DNA of 64,000 nt from the human T2T-CHM13v2.0 reference genome, Homo sapiens. The notes beneath the pieces were generated by a model that saw only the letters and a program-made list of their open reading frames with translations, was not told where the DNA came from and searched no databases. The DNA lies in assembly GCA_009914755.4 (NCBI GenBank), contig CP068257.2:41536001-41600000 (forward strand). Reading direction: 5' to 3'. Below, piece after piece: positions 39,846 to 55,612 of this stretch. A program made the translations under genes and the position numbers. How positions within the stretch are numbered: the first letter of the stretch is position 1; each line of letters starts with the position of its first letter.

Positions 39846-42335
39846 CTGAGCCCAGGTACTTGGTTTCTGCAGGGAACTTACCCACGTTTGTGGGCCCCTG
39901 GTGGCAAATGTCCAGTGTCAGCCAGGGCAGGCCGTGGTTGGAACTGGATAGGAGACTTTGTATTTTGGGGCTGCCCATGGCGGGTCCCCGTCCTCATCAG
40001 AGGCATCCCAGGGGTGACCTTTCATCTGCTGGAGCTGCTGCCACTCCATGCTGTGACTCCTGATATGCATCCACTCCCGTGTTAGCCCAGGTCTGGACGT
40101 GCACAGTGGCCAGGGTGAGGGGTTCTGTCCAGAATACCCTCGGGGAAGGGGGTCTCAGGGACCATCTTCTTTGGCAGGTGGGCAGAGCAGTGGGAAGCCT
40201 GGGTTCTGGGTGGGGGCACGGCAGGCAGGCTCTTCTGGCAGCTGGGTGATGCCCGTGAGCGCTAAATGCAAGACGTGTGAACACAGGCGGCTCACAGATG
40301 CCAGTGCTGAGTGCGACTGTGCCTCCGCCTGGCCTCGAGGCATTTGCTGAACTTCCAGCTTACCCGGTTCTCCTCCTGTGCTGACTCCAGGGCCTCCTTG
40401 GGCCCTGCTAGGCGCGGGCTGCCGCCGAGGGGATGTGGGTGGGCTGGCAGCTGCTATCAAGGCTCTGCTGCTGGTCACAGCTGGGCAGTGGCCCCAGGGC
40501 CCCCAGACGGCTCAGCACATGTGTACCCTGGCCTTGTGGCCACTCAGGTGTCCCAGGCCTGAGCTCATGAAGGGCAGAGGGCATTCCCTGGCACCCTTGC
40601 AGTTCTTCAGGGGTCCTGAGTGCGTAGTGCCCATTAAGTGGCAATGTTGATGGGGACAACCAACACAGTCCACGAGCTTGCCCCTCTGTGTGTGGAATGG
40701 GCTTGCAGCATGGTTTGTGCCAGCCCCGACAGGCAGGGGCCCTTTAAATGAGTTCCCGCGCAGCCCACCGGGGCCTGGCTGATTGCTCAAGCTGCCTGCT
40801 GGAGCTGCACCTGCTCTAAATTGTGATCAGGCTAAATTAGATGGAAAAATATGCAAATGTAGTTGGAGCTTTTTGGCAAATTAGCACGCAAGCGGGTGGA
40901 GATGAGGCTCGCCGGCGAGGGGGAGCACCCATATCGTTTGACTAATTATTGAGGCAGTCAAATTAAGACAGTGGGCTCGCCACCAGGGTGGGTTTTAAAG
41001 GGGGAATTATTTCAGCTACGTTTTCTAGTTTTCTGAGGCTGCCTGAAAAAGAGAAGAAAAGATACTTCCCTGCCAGTTTCTCTGCTGAATAGGTGAAAGT
41101 CAGACAGCTTTTTCGTGCTGAGTCCACAGACGCTCCTCGGTCATCTTTGATGAACATAGACTGGAATATAGAAACCAAAAATATTTTGAGCTGGGAGGGA
41201 GGGTTGATTTGTCTAAACCTGCTGGAGGTGAGTGGTCAGGCCCTGAACCGGGTCATGCATGCTGAAGAAGCAATCGTTGGCCTCCATTTGTGTATGGTGC
41301 GTGCGTGGTGATGTCTTAACCACACCAATTCCACCTGGACGGGCTGCAGTTGTTACCAATTGTGAGTGACCATACCATAGGGATGAACCAGCAGAGAAGA
41401 CCCAGTGGTCACATGAGGCCAGGCTGAGTGCAATGACCAAGACAAAGGCATGTCTAGGTTACCCAGTGGGAGCAGTGGAAGCGGCGCTTGTCATTTGGAG
41501 TGGGTCAGGAGCCATTCCATGCCACCGCGGCCTCTGTAGTCTCACGACTTCCTCTGCACGCCCGGGGCACTTCATTCACGGCATGGATGTGGCCCTCGTG
41601 TTGCTGATTCTCATAGTTTTTGGTGCATCCTTCTTCACTCCATCAGCCGCGAGGATTTTGTCTTCTGCCGTCTTGTGTTTTGACTTCCCCTTCTGCCCTT
41701 TCTCTCAAGGTCGCCGTTTGCACACAGCAGCATCTGGAGGGATGAGCTCGCCTGATTCCATGCAGGTGGGTTCCTGGGTGGGGCATTGGAGGCTATCTCT
41801 GAACGACTGGGTGGCAGGAAGGTACCCCTGGTGCATGGAGGCCTGGCTGAAGCATGGCCGGTCTCCCTGGGACAACGTCATTATCTGTTTGCCCTTTGAT
41901 TTCAGAATCGAACTCAGCTCCGTGGTTCACACTTGTTTCCAGAGATGCCAACAAGCTGCTCTTCCCCGAGTCCCCGCAGGTGTGCACCTTTGGGAAGGTA
42001 TCAGATAGTGACCTCCTGGGCTGGGCTGTGCCTGTGTGCACCTGTCACGAGCAGGGCTGTGGGGGTGGAGATGTTAACCATCTCACCAGAGGAGGGCTGG
42101 ACTGGATCCAAGAAACTTTTTTCCCCCTGGGATGGAATTTGAAAGTGGAAAAAAAGTCACATAAAAATCAGTGTAGCTAATTAACAAGAATACATGGAAC
42201 AGTCTCCGTCGTTTTCCAAGTCTGCTATGCTGCGGCACATAAGTAGAGGTTGAAACAACAATGGCAACAGCGGTGAGAAAGGATACAGGGCCTGCTGAGA
42301 TCTGCATCCTGTCCTTAAGGGCCTGATGGTTTTGA

Positions 42336-43096
<761 letters not shown>

Positions 43097-44299
43097 TAAT
43101 GAGAAGGAAGCAACAAAAGGCTGGGAGAGAACACATGGAGGGAAGCTGCCGTTGGTCTCGAAGCTGTGCCATGGCAGGTACCGTCTCCCCTCTGATGAAT
43201 TTATAACCCCCTATGTGCTACCATTTCAGGTTAAACCAACTTGACCAAGGACTTCCAGTTTCTCGGAAAATGATAGTTTTGCTAACCTTCCTGCTGATTA
43301 TAAACTCTGGACAAAATAGAAACAACCATTATTTGAAGGCATTGGAAAGTGACATAAAGCATGAAAAAAAAAAAAACCCCAAGCTAAAGAGGTATGACCC
43401 TTGCAAAAAAGGGAGCCATGCTTATCTGGGTTTTGTTCTCAGATCCTTCTTCAGACCGCCCCATATGGAATGGAGCTGAAGTGGAACAGTAGTTTTGTTG
43501 GGCTGAGAGGTCAGAGGCCAGAGTTCAAGGCTGCCAAAAAACAACAACAAAAAAAGGGAGCCACAGAGAGGGGAGCTCCTAAATCTAGCACAAATTTCCC
43601 TGAAACCCTTGGCTGATAACTAAAGTTTGCATGTGCAAGCCAAGACTCCAGAAAGCCCAGAAAGCAGGAACAGCTGGAGGCTGAGAGCTGGGCAGACATT
43701 TCAACATCTGGCTAGTCCCGGAAAGACCAAGTTTGGAGTTCATGTCCCACCAAGTTAGAGGAGGGAAGTGATAAGCACCTTGAGCTTTTCATCAGAAACC
43801 CTGGGATAGAGTAAGTTTTTCTATGTGCTGAAGTAAAGTCATTGTTAATTATATAGTCAGAAGACAGAAGGATACTATATTCAAACTGCTGAGAGAACAA
43901 TCAGTCCCCTACATACCCAGCTAAACTATCACTCGAGAATGATAGCAAAATAAAGATGTTTCAGATACACAAAAACCAGAAGTTCACCAACAGCATACAA
44001 AAGATACATACCAAAGGACTTCTATTTGATGGCTTTTAAAGTGATCTAAAACATTGGTCAGGTGGGATTTAAAGATGACCAGGATTTTGTGCTATTCTGT
44101 AGAGATATTTAGACTTTAAGTTAGCAATGCCTGCTAAAATTTAAAAAGATACTTTTCAAAATAGATGGAATAAAGGAATTTTACAAAACTTTTAATCAAT
44201 GCAAAGCGAGATAGGAGAGGAGAATAAAGGGATAGAATGAGGACAGACCTTGGGGAATGTGTGAATGCTGAATGCTGGCCTTTCTTGTTCTGTGTTCTT

Positions 44300-44458
44300 T
44301 TTGTTTGTTTGTTTGTGTTTTTGAGACAGAGTCTTGCTCTATCGCCCAAGCTGGAGTGCAGTGGTGTGATCTCAGCTCTTCTGCCTCTCAGGTTCAAGCA
44401 ACTCTCCTGCCTCAGCCTCCTGAGTAGCTGGGATTGCAGGCATGTGCCACCATGCCTG
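44300..44458 (-). mobile_element. Alu right-arm fragment (reverse complement), truncated
   Basis: TTTGTGTTTTTGAGACAGAGTCTTGCTCTATCGCCCAAGCTGGAGTGCAGTGGTGTGATCTCAGCTC...CTCCTGCCTCAGCCTCCTGAGTAGCTGGGATTGCAGGCATGTGCCACCATGCCTGG. Confidence 0.8.
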
Positions 44459-46789
44459 GAGAATTCTGTGTTCTTAATGGGGGTCAAAGGGAAAGCCCAC
44501 CTGGCTGTGGATGGGAACGTTTTGCAAATGTCCTTGAATATCTGCCCAACCAATCGTGCTCCAAAGAGGTATATTTGGGCAGGGAATGAAGACCTAGAGG
44601 CAGATGTTGGCTGTCTCTTGAGTAGTTGAAGCCTGGACTTGGAGTGGGAGAGCCATGCTCAGGGCTCTCTCACTGCTGTGGGTGAGGTCACTCCTGGGGC
44701 AGGAGGAGGCTGAGCCCCCATGGAAAGCAGGGGTTGCTCACATCAAGTTCCCTTCAAGGGCCCCAAACTTTCAGGGAGGCCTGGTGCCTGTTACATCCCT
44801 GGGAGGGATCTGAGGGAGGGCTCCATGCCCTGGGATGGGACAGAGAGGCAAGGCAAGGAGAAGGAGGCTGACCTCGAGAGGCTGAGATGCAACCTGCAAA
44901 AGAGGACAGCAGTGCCCAAGTCAGGTGGGTGGAGGGGCCACCACCCCAGGGGCACGCTGTGGGCTGAGCCAGCCTTTCCTAAGGGCCAGGGAGGGCATCT
45001 GTAAATGCACAGACCCAGATGTGTGAGATCTGAACACCAAAGGCAAGATGGTCTCGCATGCGAGGGTTGTCTGGAACATCTGGGAACTGGGATGTGGCCG
45101 AAACCATCGTTTGGTCCATGCTGTTCCGACGTGAGCTTCGTGATCATGTCCCCGGCCTCCTGTCTCCAGCTGTGGGGTAGCTGCGCTGCTTTGGGATTGA
45201 GTCTGTTCTGACTGTGGGTTCAGGGATGGGTGCTCCCTGCAGTCCGCACCTGGTGTTTCCCTAGATGGAGGCCGACTCAGGTTGGGCGATCTGTCCCGAC
45301 CGCCGAGCTGCAGGAACAGTGAGTGCAGCTCTGGGAAGAGGCTTCCCCTCCCACAGAGAGCGTGGGCAAGGTGACCTTTCTCCCTCCTGGTCTGACATGG
45401 TCATGCACAGACCTGGGCTGTGGCAGCCTCCAGGCAAAGCCCATGCAGGGAAGATGGCAGAGCTGGGGAAACCCCTGAGAAAGGGAACCACGTCCAACCA
45501 TCTCTGGTTTTTTCTGGTTTTGCAAAAGCCAGTTGGGGTTGGTCTTTCTGTAACCCACAGCTGAATGTGTCTCACTTGGTCCTGGTGGGACTCCCGTCCA
45601 CCAGAGTGACATAACCGGTTGCAGGTCACCCAACAGCAGGTGCTTGTGATGGCTTACCCTCAGGTTGGCTGAGGGCCTGGCCCTGTATAGTCCAGGGATT
45701 CTGATAGAATGATTGCATTGGATCAGCCACGTGGCGGCAGGTGATTCCCTGCTCAGCATCCGAACCCTCTGCTACCCCCGCAGGGTCCTGCGGCCCCACT
45801 CACAGGTGCCCTGTGAGGAGGAGGTGGAGCGAGAGGAGAGGGGACTGGGCCCGACACTCACTGATCTTGAATGCGGCCCATGGGCCAGGTGTGGAGGAGC
45901 AGGAGGCAGGTGTCATTGTCACCCTTCCACACTCAGCAGATGGACTCCAGAGGCTGAGGCCCCTGGGCCAGTGGCAGGGTGGAATTCAGCAGAGGCTTCT
46001 GTTTCCAAAGCAGGAGCCAACCGTTCTTTCAAGACTGGGTCTGCCCCAGGCCTCCATACCCTGCTGGTCATTACGCAGCCACTCTAGCAATTAGACACCT
46101 GGGAATCAGGTACCCAGGGCTGTTTTCTGTAAAGCCCTATTAAAATATTCATGAACTCCATGAATTCTCCCCGTGCTGGGGGCTCTTTTCTTGTGGCCTC
46201 GGGTGCAGCTGGTGCTGGCTCTGTGCAGGTCTCTGGTTTTATTGACTGGGTTGGTCCTTGGCCTCATCCTTCCGTGGCTCCATTTTCCCGCCCGCCCATC
46301 CCCTGGCCACCGCTCTGAGGGCTGCCGTGGGTCCTGCTGTTATGGGTCTTGTGCCACGTGCACCATAGCTAGCTGAGCAGTTGAAGCCCCATGGATGGTG
46401 TTGGGCCCAGGGCTTGGCTCCACAGGACACTCAGGCCAGCCCTGGGGTCTGCTGGGGCTGCTGCCCAGGATTCCTGGCAGTGCCGATGCGGTCAGTGCCT
46501 GGGAACCTTTACTGCAAGACAGTGTGCAGATACAGTGCAGGTCTCCTAGGGAGTCCAGACAGGCCTGAGGCGGCAGCTGGAGGCTCCTCAGCAGGGACTG
46601 GGCCCTGAGTCACAGGCTCATGTGCTCGGCTCGGAGCAGGAGTCAAGAGGTTTCCGCCTCTGCTTAGCCCCTGACTCACTGAGGCCTCCCTGGACCTCGG
46701 TTTCTTCTTCTGTGACATAATGGACTGGGGTGGGTTTGGAGGATCAAGGACACCTCTGAAAATATGATCAGAAGACATGGACTCATTTC

Positions 46790-47160
46790 TAGGCACACAC
46801 ACATGAACATACAACACAAGCATGCATACACAGTGCACACATGCATGCCTATGGGCATACATACATGAACACACACACGCACATGTACAACACACGCACA
46901 CAGTGCACACACATGAGCACACACACGAACACATACACACATGTACATACAGTGCACACACGAGCACACATTCATGAGCAATAGACACATGCACACAACA
47001 GACATGCACACAGTGCACACATGCATGCACATGAGCACACACAGATACATACATGAATGCACATACATGCATACATGTGCTCACATGCAATGCACACACA
47101 CATGTGTACACACAGGCACATTCACATACACTCAGGGAGTGTGTGGGCTGGGGCAAGCTT
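46790..47160. repeat. CA-rich degenerate (CACACATGCACACA / ACATACA)n block
   Basis: CACACACATGAACATACAACACAAGCATGCATACACAGTGCACACATGCATGCC...ACACACGCACATGTACAACACACGCACACAGTGCACACACATGAGCACACACACGAACACATACACACATGTACATACAGTGCACACACGAGCACACATTCATG. Confidence 0.85.
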
Positions 47161-47282
47161 GTGCATAGATCCCAGGATCAAAACCTTGAGATCTTTTCCC
47201 AGCTGTGCTCACATCCCATGGGTGGCTCATGAAATTAATTCAGTGGGTCTCCACCAGCATCTTTAAAGAAGGAATAGAATAG

Positions 47283-47834
<552 letters not shown>

Positions 47835-48481
47835 GAACGTTACTTTCATTTCCTGATGTTTGAGGTGTGGTCTCTTCTGGTTCCTTTTTTATTTGATTTG
47901 ATTTTCTAATTCATCTACTTGAGGGCTGAGAACGTCTCTTCTCTTCCTCTTCCTCTTCCCCCGCCCCCACCACCCTTCTTAACTCCTCTTCTCTCTTTTC
48001 TGTGTGCAGAGACATTAGGCCGATGCTCTCCCGGCCCCCTTGGTAATTGTACCAGTTGGCAGCCTTGCCTCTGCGTCCCTGTGGGAAGCTTGGCTCGGCC
48101 GGGAGCTCTTTGGCGTGGCAGAGCTCCCTCCCGGCCCCCACCGGGTCTGGGAGGATCTTGCATTTTACAGAGTGCCCATGCCAACCTCCCTTGGCAAGCT
48201 CGTGGTGTTTCTCTGCATTTGCCAAGAAATGGAGCAAAACCCAACTCAGTTTGCTGGGCTCTTCGGGGATACAGGAAAGAAAAAAGAATGGCTCCACACC
48301 CTTTCCCTGAACTTTCTGTACTCATTATTTTCTTCTGTCTGTCTATTTTTTGCTCTAAAATCACAGGGCTTTCGTTATTTGATGTCTTTCGTGTATAAAT
48401 ACACGTTGTCCCCAGACTACTGTTTTTTCAAACGCTTTTGTGATTTAAAACAATTTTATTTTTATTGTAAAATATATGCTA

Positions 48482-48829
<348 letters not shown>

Positions 48830-48910
48830 GGGGAACTTCTTCCCAGATTAAGAAATAGAACCTTAACCAGAACCTTAGAAGTGGCCTGTGCACCCTCTGG
48901 GATCGCATCT

Positions 48911-48940
48911 CATTCGTTCATTCATTCATTCGTTCATGCA
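48911..48940. repeat. (TTCA)n / (CATT)n-like short microsatellite
   Basis: CATTCGTTCATTCATTCATTCGTTCATGCATGC. Confidence 0.8.
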
Positions 48941-49557
48941 TGCAGCAAGTCTTTATTGAGTCCCTGCTATGTGCTAGGCTTTGTGCTAAGCATTTGGGAT
49001 ATAGCCGCAGACGAAACAGATCAAAACCCCTGGCTGTGTGGCTCTGCATCTTACCCTGCAGGTAAGAGACATTTTGACTTTTTGTGATGTTCATTCCTTT
49101 GCTTTGTCTTAGGGTTTCCATGTGGGTGGGAATGCATCCCTAAACAACATCATGCTTCCTTTTGTGGTTTTGGAACTTGAGGTAAACAAGGTGATACTGC
49201 GTGGACCCGGATGGGATTGCTTCTCTCCCTTGGTCTTGTCTTGCATGTGAGATTCACCCCACAGCTGTGCGTGGCCATGGGCCATTTGTTTTCATGCGTC
49301 TATATAGTGTTCCACTGTTTATCGATTTATCCATTCTGTTGCTGGTGAACATCAGGGTTGCTTCTGATTTTTGGCTATTGCAGAAAATGCTGCTGCAAGT
49401 GTTATTACACAAGTCTCTGTGGGTCCTAGGGGTGGAATCGCTGTGTCATGGGGTGTACCTGTGCTCAGCTCTACCAGATCGTGGCAAATGGTTTTCCCAC
49501 ATGGAGCTCTGATTGCAGTCTGCCTGAGTTACTGTCTACTAATTTGCATTTCCCTGA

Positions 49558-49713
<156 letters not shown>

Positions 49714-51194
49714 TCATCTTTTCGTGAGTTAGTATCTTTTTGTATTTCTTCTTTTATGAAGTGTTTTGCCCGTGACTTTCATATTTTGGCTTTTTTTTTT
49801 TTTTGCAGGCATTTTTTATATCGATGGTTCTCTGCTGGGATGACTTTGCCTCCAAGCCCCTGCTGGCGGGGCTCTCAGACTGCAGCCCCTGTGAATACTC
49901 ACATGCCCAGCAATTGTCCCTTAGGTGCGGATGCCATGTGAGCCCCAGCCCTTGCCTGTGGACGTCCATGTCGTGCTGTTAACCCTGGTCATCCACAGTC
50001 TGAACCCTCCTCTGGTCCCTTCCTGATACAGGAAGTGCACTGGGCTCTTAGCCACAACTGCAGAAAGTGGGGCTGGGGTTCATTGCTTGTTTCTGGGGTC
50101 ACTGCCACTGTCAGTATCATCCCCCTACCCTGCAACAGCTCAGCCTGCTTGGGTCTAGGAGCTGCAGCGCTTTCTATCCCTTCCTCAAGACAGTGAGTGC
50201 CCACCTAGGCCACACTACCCAGGAGCCAGTGCTGCCGCCACCTCGACCCACCGTGCCCACCTCCTGGAAGAGGGCTGGCGGCATCTTGGACTAAAGGTCA
50301 CGTTGGCTTCCTGGGAATGCTGGCACACCTGTGGGCTGCCAAGGCCACTCCCAAGGGGCTGTGAGTTTTGACTGTGCTGGCACACACACCCCTCACGTGC
50401 ACACAGTGGGTGCCCCAGAAAACATGACAGTGGCACTCCTGTCACTACCCAGACCCCAGGGCAGGGTGCACAAAGCCTTGATTTAGAGATGCCACCTGGA
50501 AAGCCACAGCCCCAATCCATTCCTGTCAATCCAAACCTATTGGAAATAAGACATGGGACTCAGCACTTAGCAGCATCCTCATCAGACCTTCTGGTAAATG
50601 GAAGGATTTTTCTTTAACACATGGGTTTTCTGATGTCATTTTGCTTACAGTGGACTGATCAGGGCCACTGAAGGATGAGAGAGAGAATACATGGCAGGAA
50701 CAACGATTTCAACTCCAAGGAGAGGTGTGATGTGTGAAGGGGACAGGGGCAGAAGGAACAGGGTGTCAGGTGGGAGGGAGGGGTGTGGCCAGCACGGGGA
50801 GAGGAAGGGGAGGACTGCCAGTGCCTGGAGGGAGGCGACCCATTTCCATTAGAGGGGACCTCCCCTACCTCCTGGGCTCGATCCCATAATTAGCAGCAAA
50901 GGCAGCTGGCCAGGGCACGGTGCGCCGTACGGGTTTGAAATGGCAGCAGTGCCTCAAGCATTCTTCTCCGCACCTTTAGTCATTAGCTATTTGTTTCCTC
51001 CCCACAACAATTAGTGCTAATGTGACATGTGCTCATTTTTGTACGGGATAAAACTGCCATCCAGTGCGATTTGGTACAAATGAGTCAAACAAGACAGGCT
51101 CACCCTGAGCCTCCTCTTTTCTTTCTCCTGCTGGAGACCTCTCTCACCAGACACTCAGGTGTACCAGTACAGCAGCTTTGGACCTAAGTGGACT

Positions 51195-51930
51195 CCAGCA
51201 GCTCCATTAACCCAGAGCTTGCACCAACCCAGAATTTCCACCAAGCCAGAGTTTCCACCAATCCAGAGCTTGCATCAACCCAGAGCTTCCGCCAACCCAG
51301 AGCTTCCGCCAATCCAGAGCTTCCGCCAACCCAGAGCTTCCGCCAATCCAGAGCTTCCGCCAACCCAGAGCTTCCGCCAATCCAGAGCTTCCATCCAGAG
51401 CTTCTGCCAACCCAGAGCTTCCACCAATCCGATCTTCTGCCAGCCCAGAACTTCCGCCAACCCAGAGCTTCTGCCAACCCAGAGCTTCCACCAATCCAGA
51501 TCTTCTGCTAGCCCAGAGCTTCTGCCAACCCAGAGCTTCCGCCAGCCCCAAGCTTCTGCCAACCCAGAGCGTGCACCAACCCAGAGCTTCCACCAACCCA
51601 GGGCTTCTGCCAATCTAGAGCTTCTGCCAACCCAGAGCTTCTGCCCAGAGCTTCCGTCAAACCAGAGCTTCCACCAACCCAGAGCTTTTGCCAACCCAGA
51701 GCTTCTGCCCAGAGCTTCTGCCAGCCCAGAGCTTCCATCAACCCAGAGCTCGCACCAACCTATAGCTTCTGCCAACCTACAGCTTCCACCAACCCAGAGC
51801 TTCCATCAACCCAGAGCTTGCACCAACCCAGAGCTTCTGCCAATGCAAAGCTTCCACCAAGCTAGAGCTTCCACCAACCACGAGCTTCCACCAACCACGA
51901 GCTTCCACCAACCCACAGCTTGCAGCTCAG
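51195..51930. repeat. 17-bp tandem repeat (VNTR-type minisatellite), about 42 copies, consensus CAGAGCTTCCGCCAAYC
   Basis: ...CCAACCCAGAGCTTCCGCCAATCCAGAGCTTCCGCCAACCCAGAGCTTCCGCCAATCCAGAGCTTCCG... with CTG/CAC variants. Period 17, so reading frames recur every 51 nt (17-aa motif ANPELPPTQSFRQPRAS in the ORF track). Open in at least 6 ORF-track frames. Confidence 0.95.
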
Positions 51931-52064
51931 TCTCCAGAAAGGGGGGAGCTGCTCTGTGGGTGGCATTCGTTCCAGGTGCGACCCTGAGGGGATGGCCAGG
52001 CTGGGGGCTGTGCTTACTTTCCAGAGGGCAAGAGGAGACAAACCAGGGCCTGGGGCTATACACA

Positions 52065-52515
52065 CATGCACGCGTGTGCGCACACACACACACACAGGAC
52101 ACATCACACACACCCAGACACACACACACACACGCACTGCACACATCACACACCCAGACACACACACACACGCACTGCACACATCACACACCCAGAGACA
52201 CACACACACACAGGACACATCACACACACCCAGACACACACACACTCTGCAAACATCACACACACTGCACACATCACACACCCAGACACACACACACACG
52301 CACTGCACACATCACACACCCAGACACACACACACACGCACTGCACACATCACACACCCAGACACACACACACACGCACTGCACACATCACACACCCAGA
52401 CACACACACACACGCACTGCACACATCACACACCCAGACACACACACACACTGCACACATCACACAGATACCACACACACTGCACACACCTCATGACACA
52501 CACACACTCACACAA
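52065..52515. repeat. Tandem repeat of about 40 bp (CACTGCACACATCACACACCCAGACACACACACACACG), about 11 copies
   Basis: GCACTGCACACATCACACACCCAGACACACACACACACGCACTGCACACATCACACACCCAGACACACACACACACGCACTGCACACATCACACACCCAGACACACACACACACG read directly. Confidence 0.95.
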
Positions 52516-55204
52516 TGCCTTCTCCATGGCCAGGGGACCTGGGGCCTATGCCTGTGCCCGTGCCTCTCTGTCTGGGGGCCTGCCTGTAGGATGGTGGCCT
52601 CCTGAGGCTGGGCTGCATGGCAGCGTGTGGGACCAGGTGTCTGAGCTCCATCCTCCTGGCCGCCACCACCACGCTGCTGGTGAGCTGGGGCGGCCAGAAC
52701 TCAGCACCATGGTCCGGGCGTTCAGCAGCAACTTGGATTCCTCATTGCTCTGCGGCTGGGCATCCCACAGCCGGGACGGGGGCTTGGGCCTGGCGAGGCC
52801 CCTCCTGGTTCCCACAGGGTCCTCAGAGCAGGGGCTGGCTCTGCTGTCCCTTCCTCACCTTAGGAGGGCACCCACCCTGCGGGCTCAGGACCACTGCACG
52901 ATTGGGTCTTACCCTAGCGCTTCTCCACAGCTCCCTCTCCAGACACAGCTCCCTGGGGAGGAAGGGCTGCCAGCAGGGTTCTGGTGACACAGCCACCTGC
53001 CCTGCAGCTGTGGCCTCTAGGCCCTGCTCTGCACCCCTCTGGCTGCTTCCTGGTGTGGATCCTGGGGCCTCTGGGCTTCCCCAGATGTCTCAGAATCGAA
53101 TCAGCTTCCCTCCCTCCCAGTAGCAAACCTCAGAATGATTCAGCCCCAGGAACCTCCGGACGCTGCTGTTGCCTGGGCCCATCCATCCCCGCCAACAACC
53201 CTGCCAAGCCTGCTCCCTCCTTTCCCCTCCCATGAGAGGAGCCGTCCCCGCCTGGCCTTCCGGAAGCTTGTGGGCCTCTTGGATGGAGCATCCTGCCTCT
53301 CAGTGTTCTTTCCGATAAAGCCCCCTCGCCTATATGCTGATTTGTTTCATTTGACACCCATCAAAGGGCATCTGGGTCCCCTACCCAGGGCTGTCAAAGT
53401 TGACCCTTCTCTGGAACTGGCTGATTTGATCACCTGGGCCACCTGAAGGAGTGGGGGGACTGATGTGTGCCCCGTGCATTTAGAAGCAAGGAGGAGGGGA
53501 CGGGAACTGCTGTTTCCTAGAATGGTTCTGTGATGCTGGCCTGCCTGCTGCAGTGGGGAAAGAGGACGTTCTTGCGGACCTTGACCTCCATGCCGGCAGC
53601 CGGACCCCGGAGGCGAGAGTGACTCTGCTGCACCCTGGACGCACCTCCCCCCTCCTCATTTCTCAGGCCTCCTCCACCCTTTGTGCTGTGGGGAGGGAAA
53701 TAACTAGAGACATCGTCACATTGCATGTGACGGGAAGGTGACATTCTGGTCTCAGAGCCTGAGGCTGATGGCCTGTGGGGAAATTTCAGGGGAGCACAGA
53801 GAGGAAGAAAGGAGAACGGAAACCCGTCCAGGGGCCCCAGCCGGCCCTTTGCAAACAGAGGCAGGGTCAGGCGAAACCGAGGGCCAGGTCGCAGATGAAG
53901 GCTGGAGTCTGAGGTCTGGGGCCTGGGATCAGCCTGTTTTAGCTGCTGCTCGGGTGCTTTCTGCGGAGGGGGCTCATCACACTCTCCACCCATGGGTGCA
54001 TTCGCATGTGGGGCACTGCTCGTGGCTGAGACCAGGGTTTGGCTCCAGTGACTATTTGTAGGTGGCCTTTCCTCTGTGTCTGATCCCCAGCTCGTGGCTG
54101 CTGTGCCTTAGTGGTGTTCCATTCCTTCCTCACGGCAGCAGCCCTCTGGTCTCAGCGGAGAGCAGGGGACATGTCCCCCCAGGACGGGCTCCTGCTTGCT
54201 CCCGAGGGGCGCCTTGGCAGGGCGGACATTGGAAGCTGAATGCGGAGGAAGCATCCGGAAGCGGCGCTCTTGGCCTCAGCCCTCCTGTCCTGGGGTGAGT
54301 CAGGATCTCTGCTGGGGAGGGCTCTGGGGAGACAGCTCTGGAATCCTCTCTGCTGGGTTCATGCAGGGCCAAGCCTGGGTTTGACCTTCATGCATGAAGG
54401 AAGGAAAGCGGGTGGAACAGCTGCGGACGTGGAGGCAGTGGCGACAACGGACTTGACTTTAACTGGAAGCTCAGGAATACTGTGGTCGTGCTGTCAAATC
54501 TCTGTTATCTCCGAAGGGGCAGCGGGGAGGTTCCCTTGTGTCAGGACAGACGGGAGGTGTGCGGGGGAGGCCGGGGGAGGCGGGTGTCTGGACTGGGGTC
54601 TGAGCAGCGCTTCAGGGAGGAGGGGGCCTAGCAGGGCAGGAAATGGCCAGATGTTGTTCTGCAGCCCCGTGGATAGGGGTCCTGGGGACAGGAGAAGCCC
54701 TTGACAGTGTCAAATAGAAAACAAATCTGGACGTAAGTCACGGGGGAATGTATTAGAAAGGATATTGCGAGAAAGCGTGGGGCCCATTGCACCAGGGAGG
54801 GCATGCCCACTTTCAGAGCGGGGAGTGCCTGAGGGTTGGGGAAGAGTGAACAGAGGGAGAGAGACTGAGCGGTGGGAGGTGGGGAAGGAAGGGGCGGGAA
54901 GGGGCCATGAGGAGAGAAGATCTGATCTGAGGCCCTCCTTTTCACAGAGGGGTTGGCTGTGGGACGAAGCCCCTTCCTAGCTCCTGGCTATCTCTTTAGG
55001 TGTCTTTTGAGTTTCACTTGTCACTGTGAAATGTCTCGTTCGTTTGGTGTTTACTAGTTCATTTCCTTTTAAACAAAGGAATTTTTCCCTCGCAGGATGC
55101 TCTACAAGTCACCAGCAGGCATGTGGAGTCACTGTTGGAGTCAGGCATCCACTCCAGTGAACTGGAGGAGAAGGGCTAGGGTCGAGGAGTATAAAACATG
55201 GTAG

Positions 55205-55612
<408 letters not shown>

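Noticed and set aside
41433-42008. 191-aa + ORF in unique sequence (MTKTKACLGYPVGAVEAALVIWSG...)
   Set aside because: No similarity to any protein family I know and no flanking splice or promoter signals evident. Most likely a chance ORF, or part of an unrecognised old repeat. Could be checked by BLASTP, but I do not report it as a gene.
43230-44300. AT-rich unique-looking sequence that might be a further L1 or other LINE fragment
   Set aside because: Similarity to the L1 consensus from memory was too weak to call. Needs RepeatMasker.
51159-52496. 445-aa + ORF and multiple minus ORFs across the 17-bp and about 40-bp tandem repeats (e.g. 51275..51775 minus, 51920..52987 plus)
   Set aside because: Periodic 17-aa peptide generated by a 17-bp non-coding VNTR. 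Many frames are open simultaneously, and the ORF continues through a second unrelated repeat. No coding signal.
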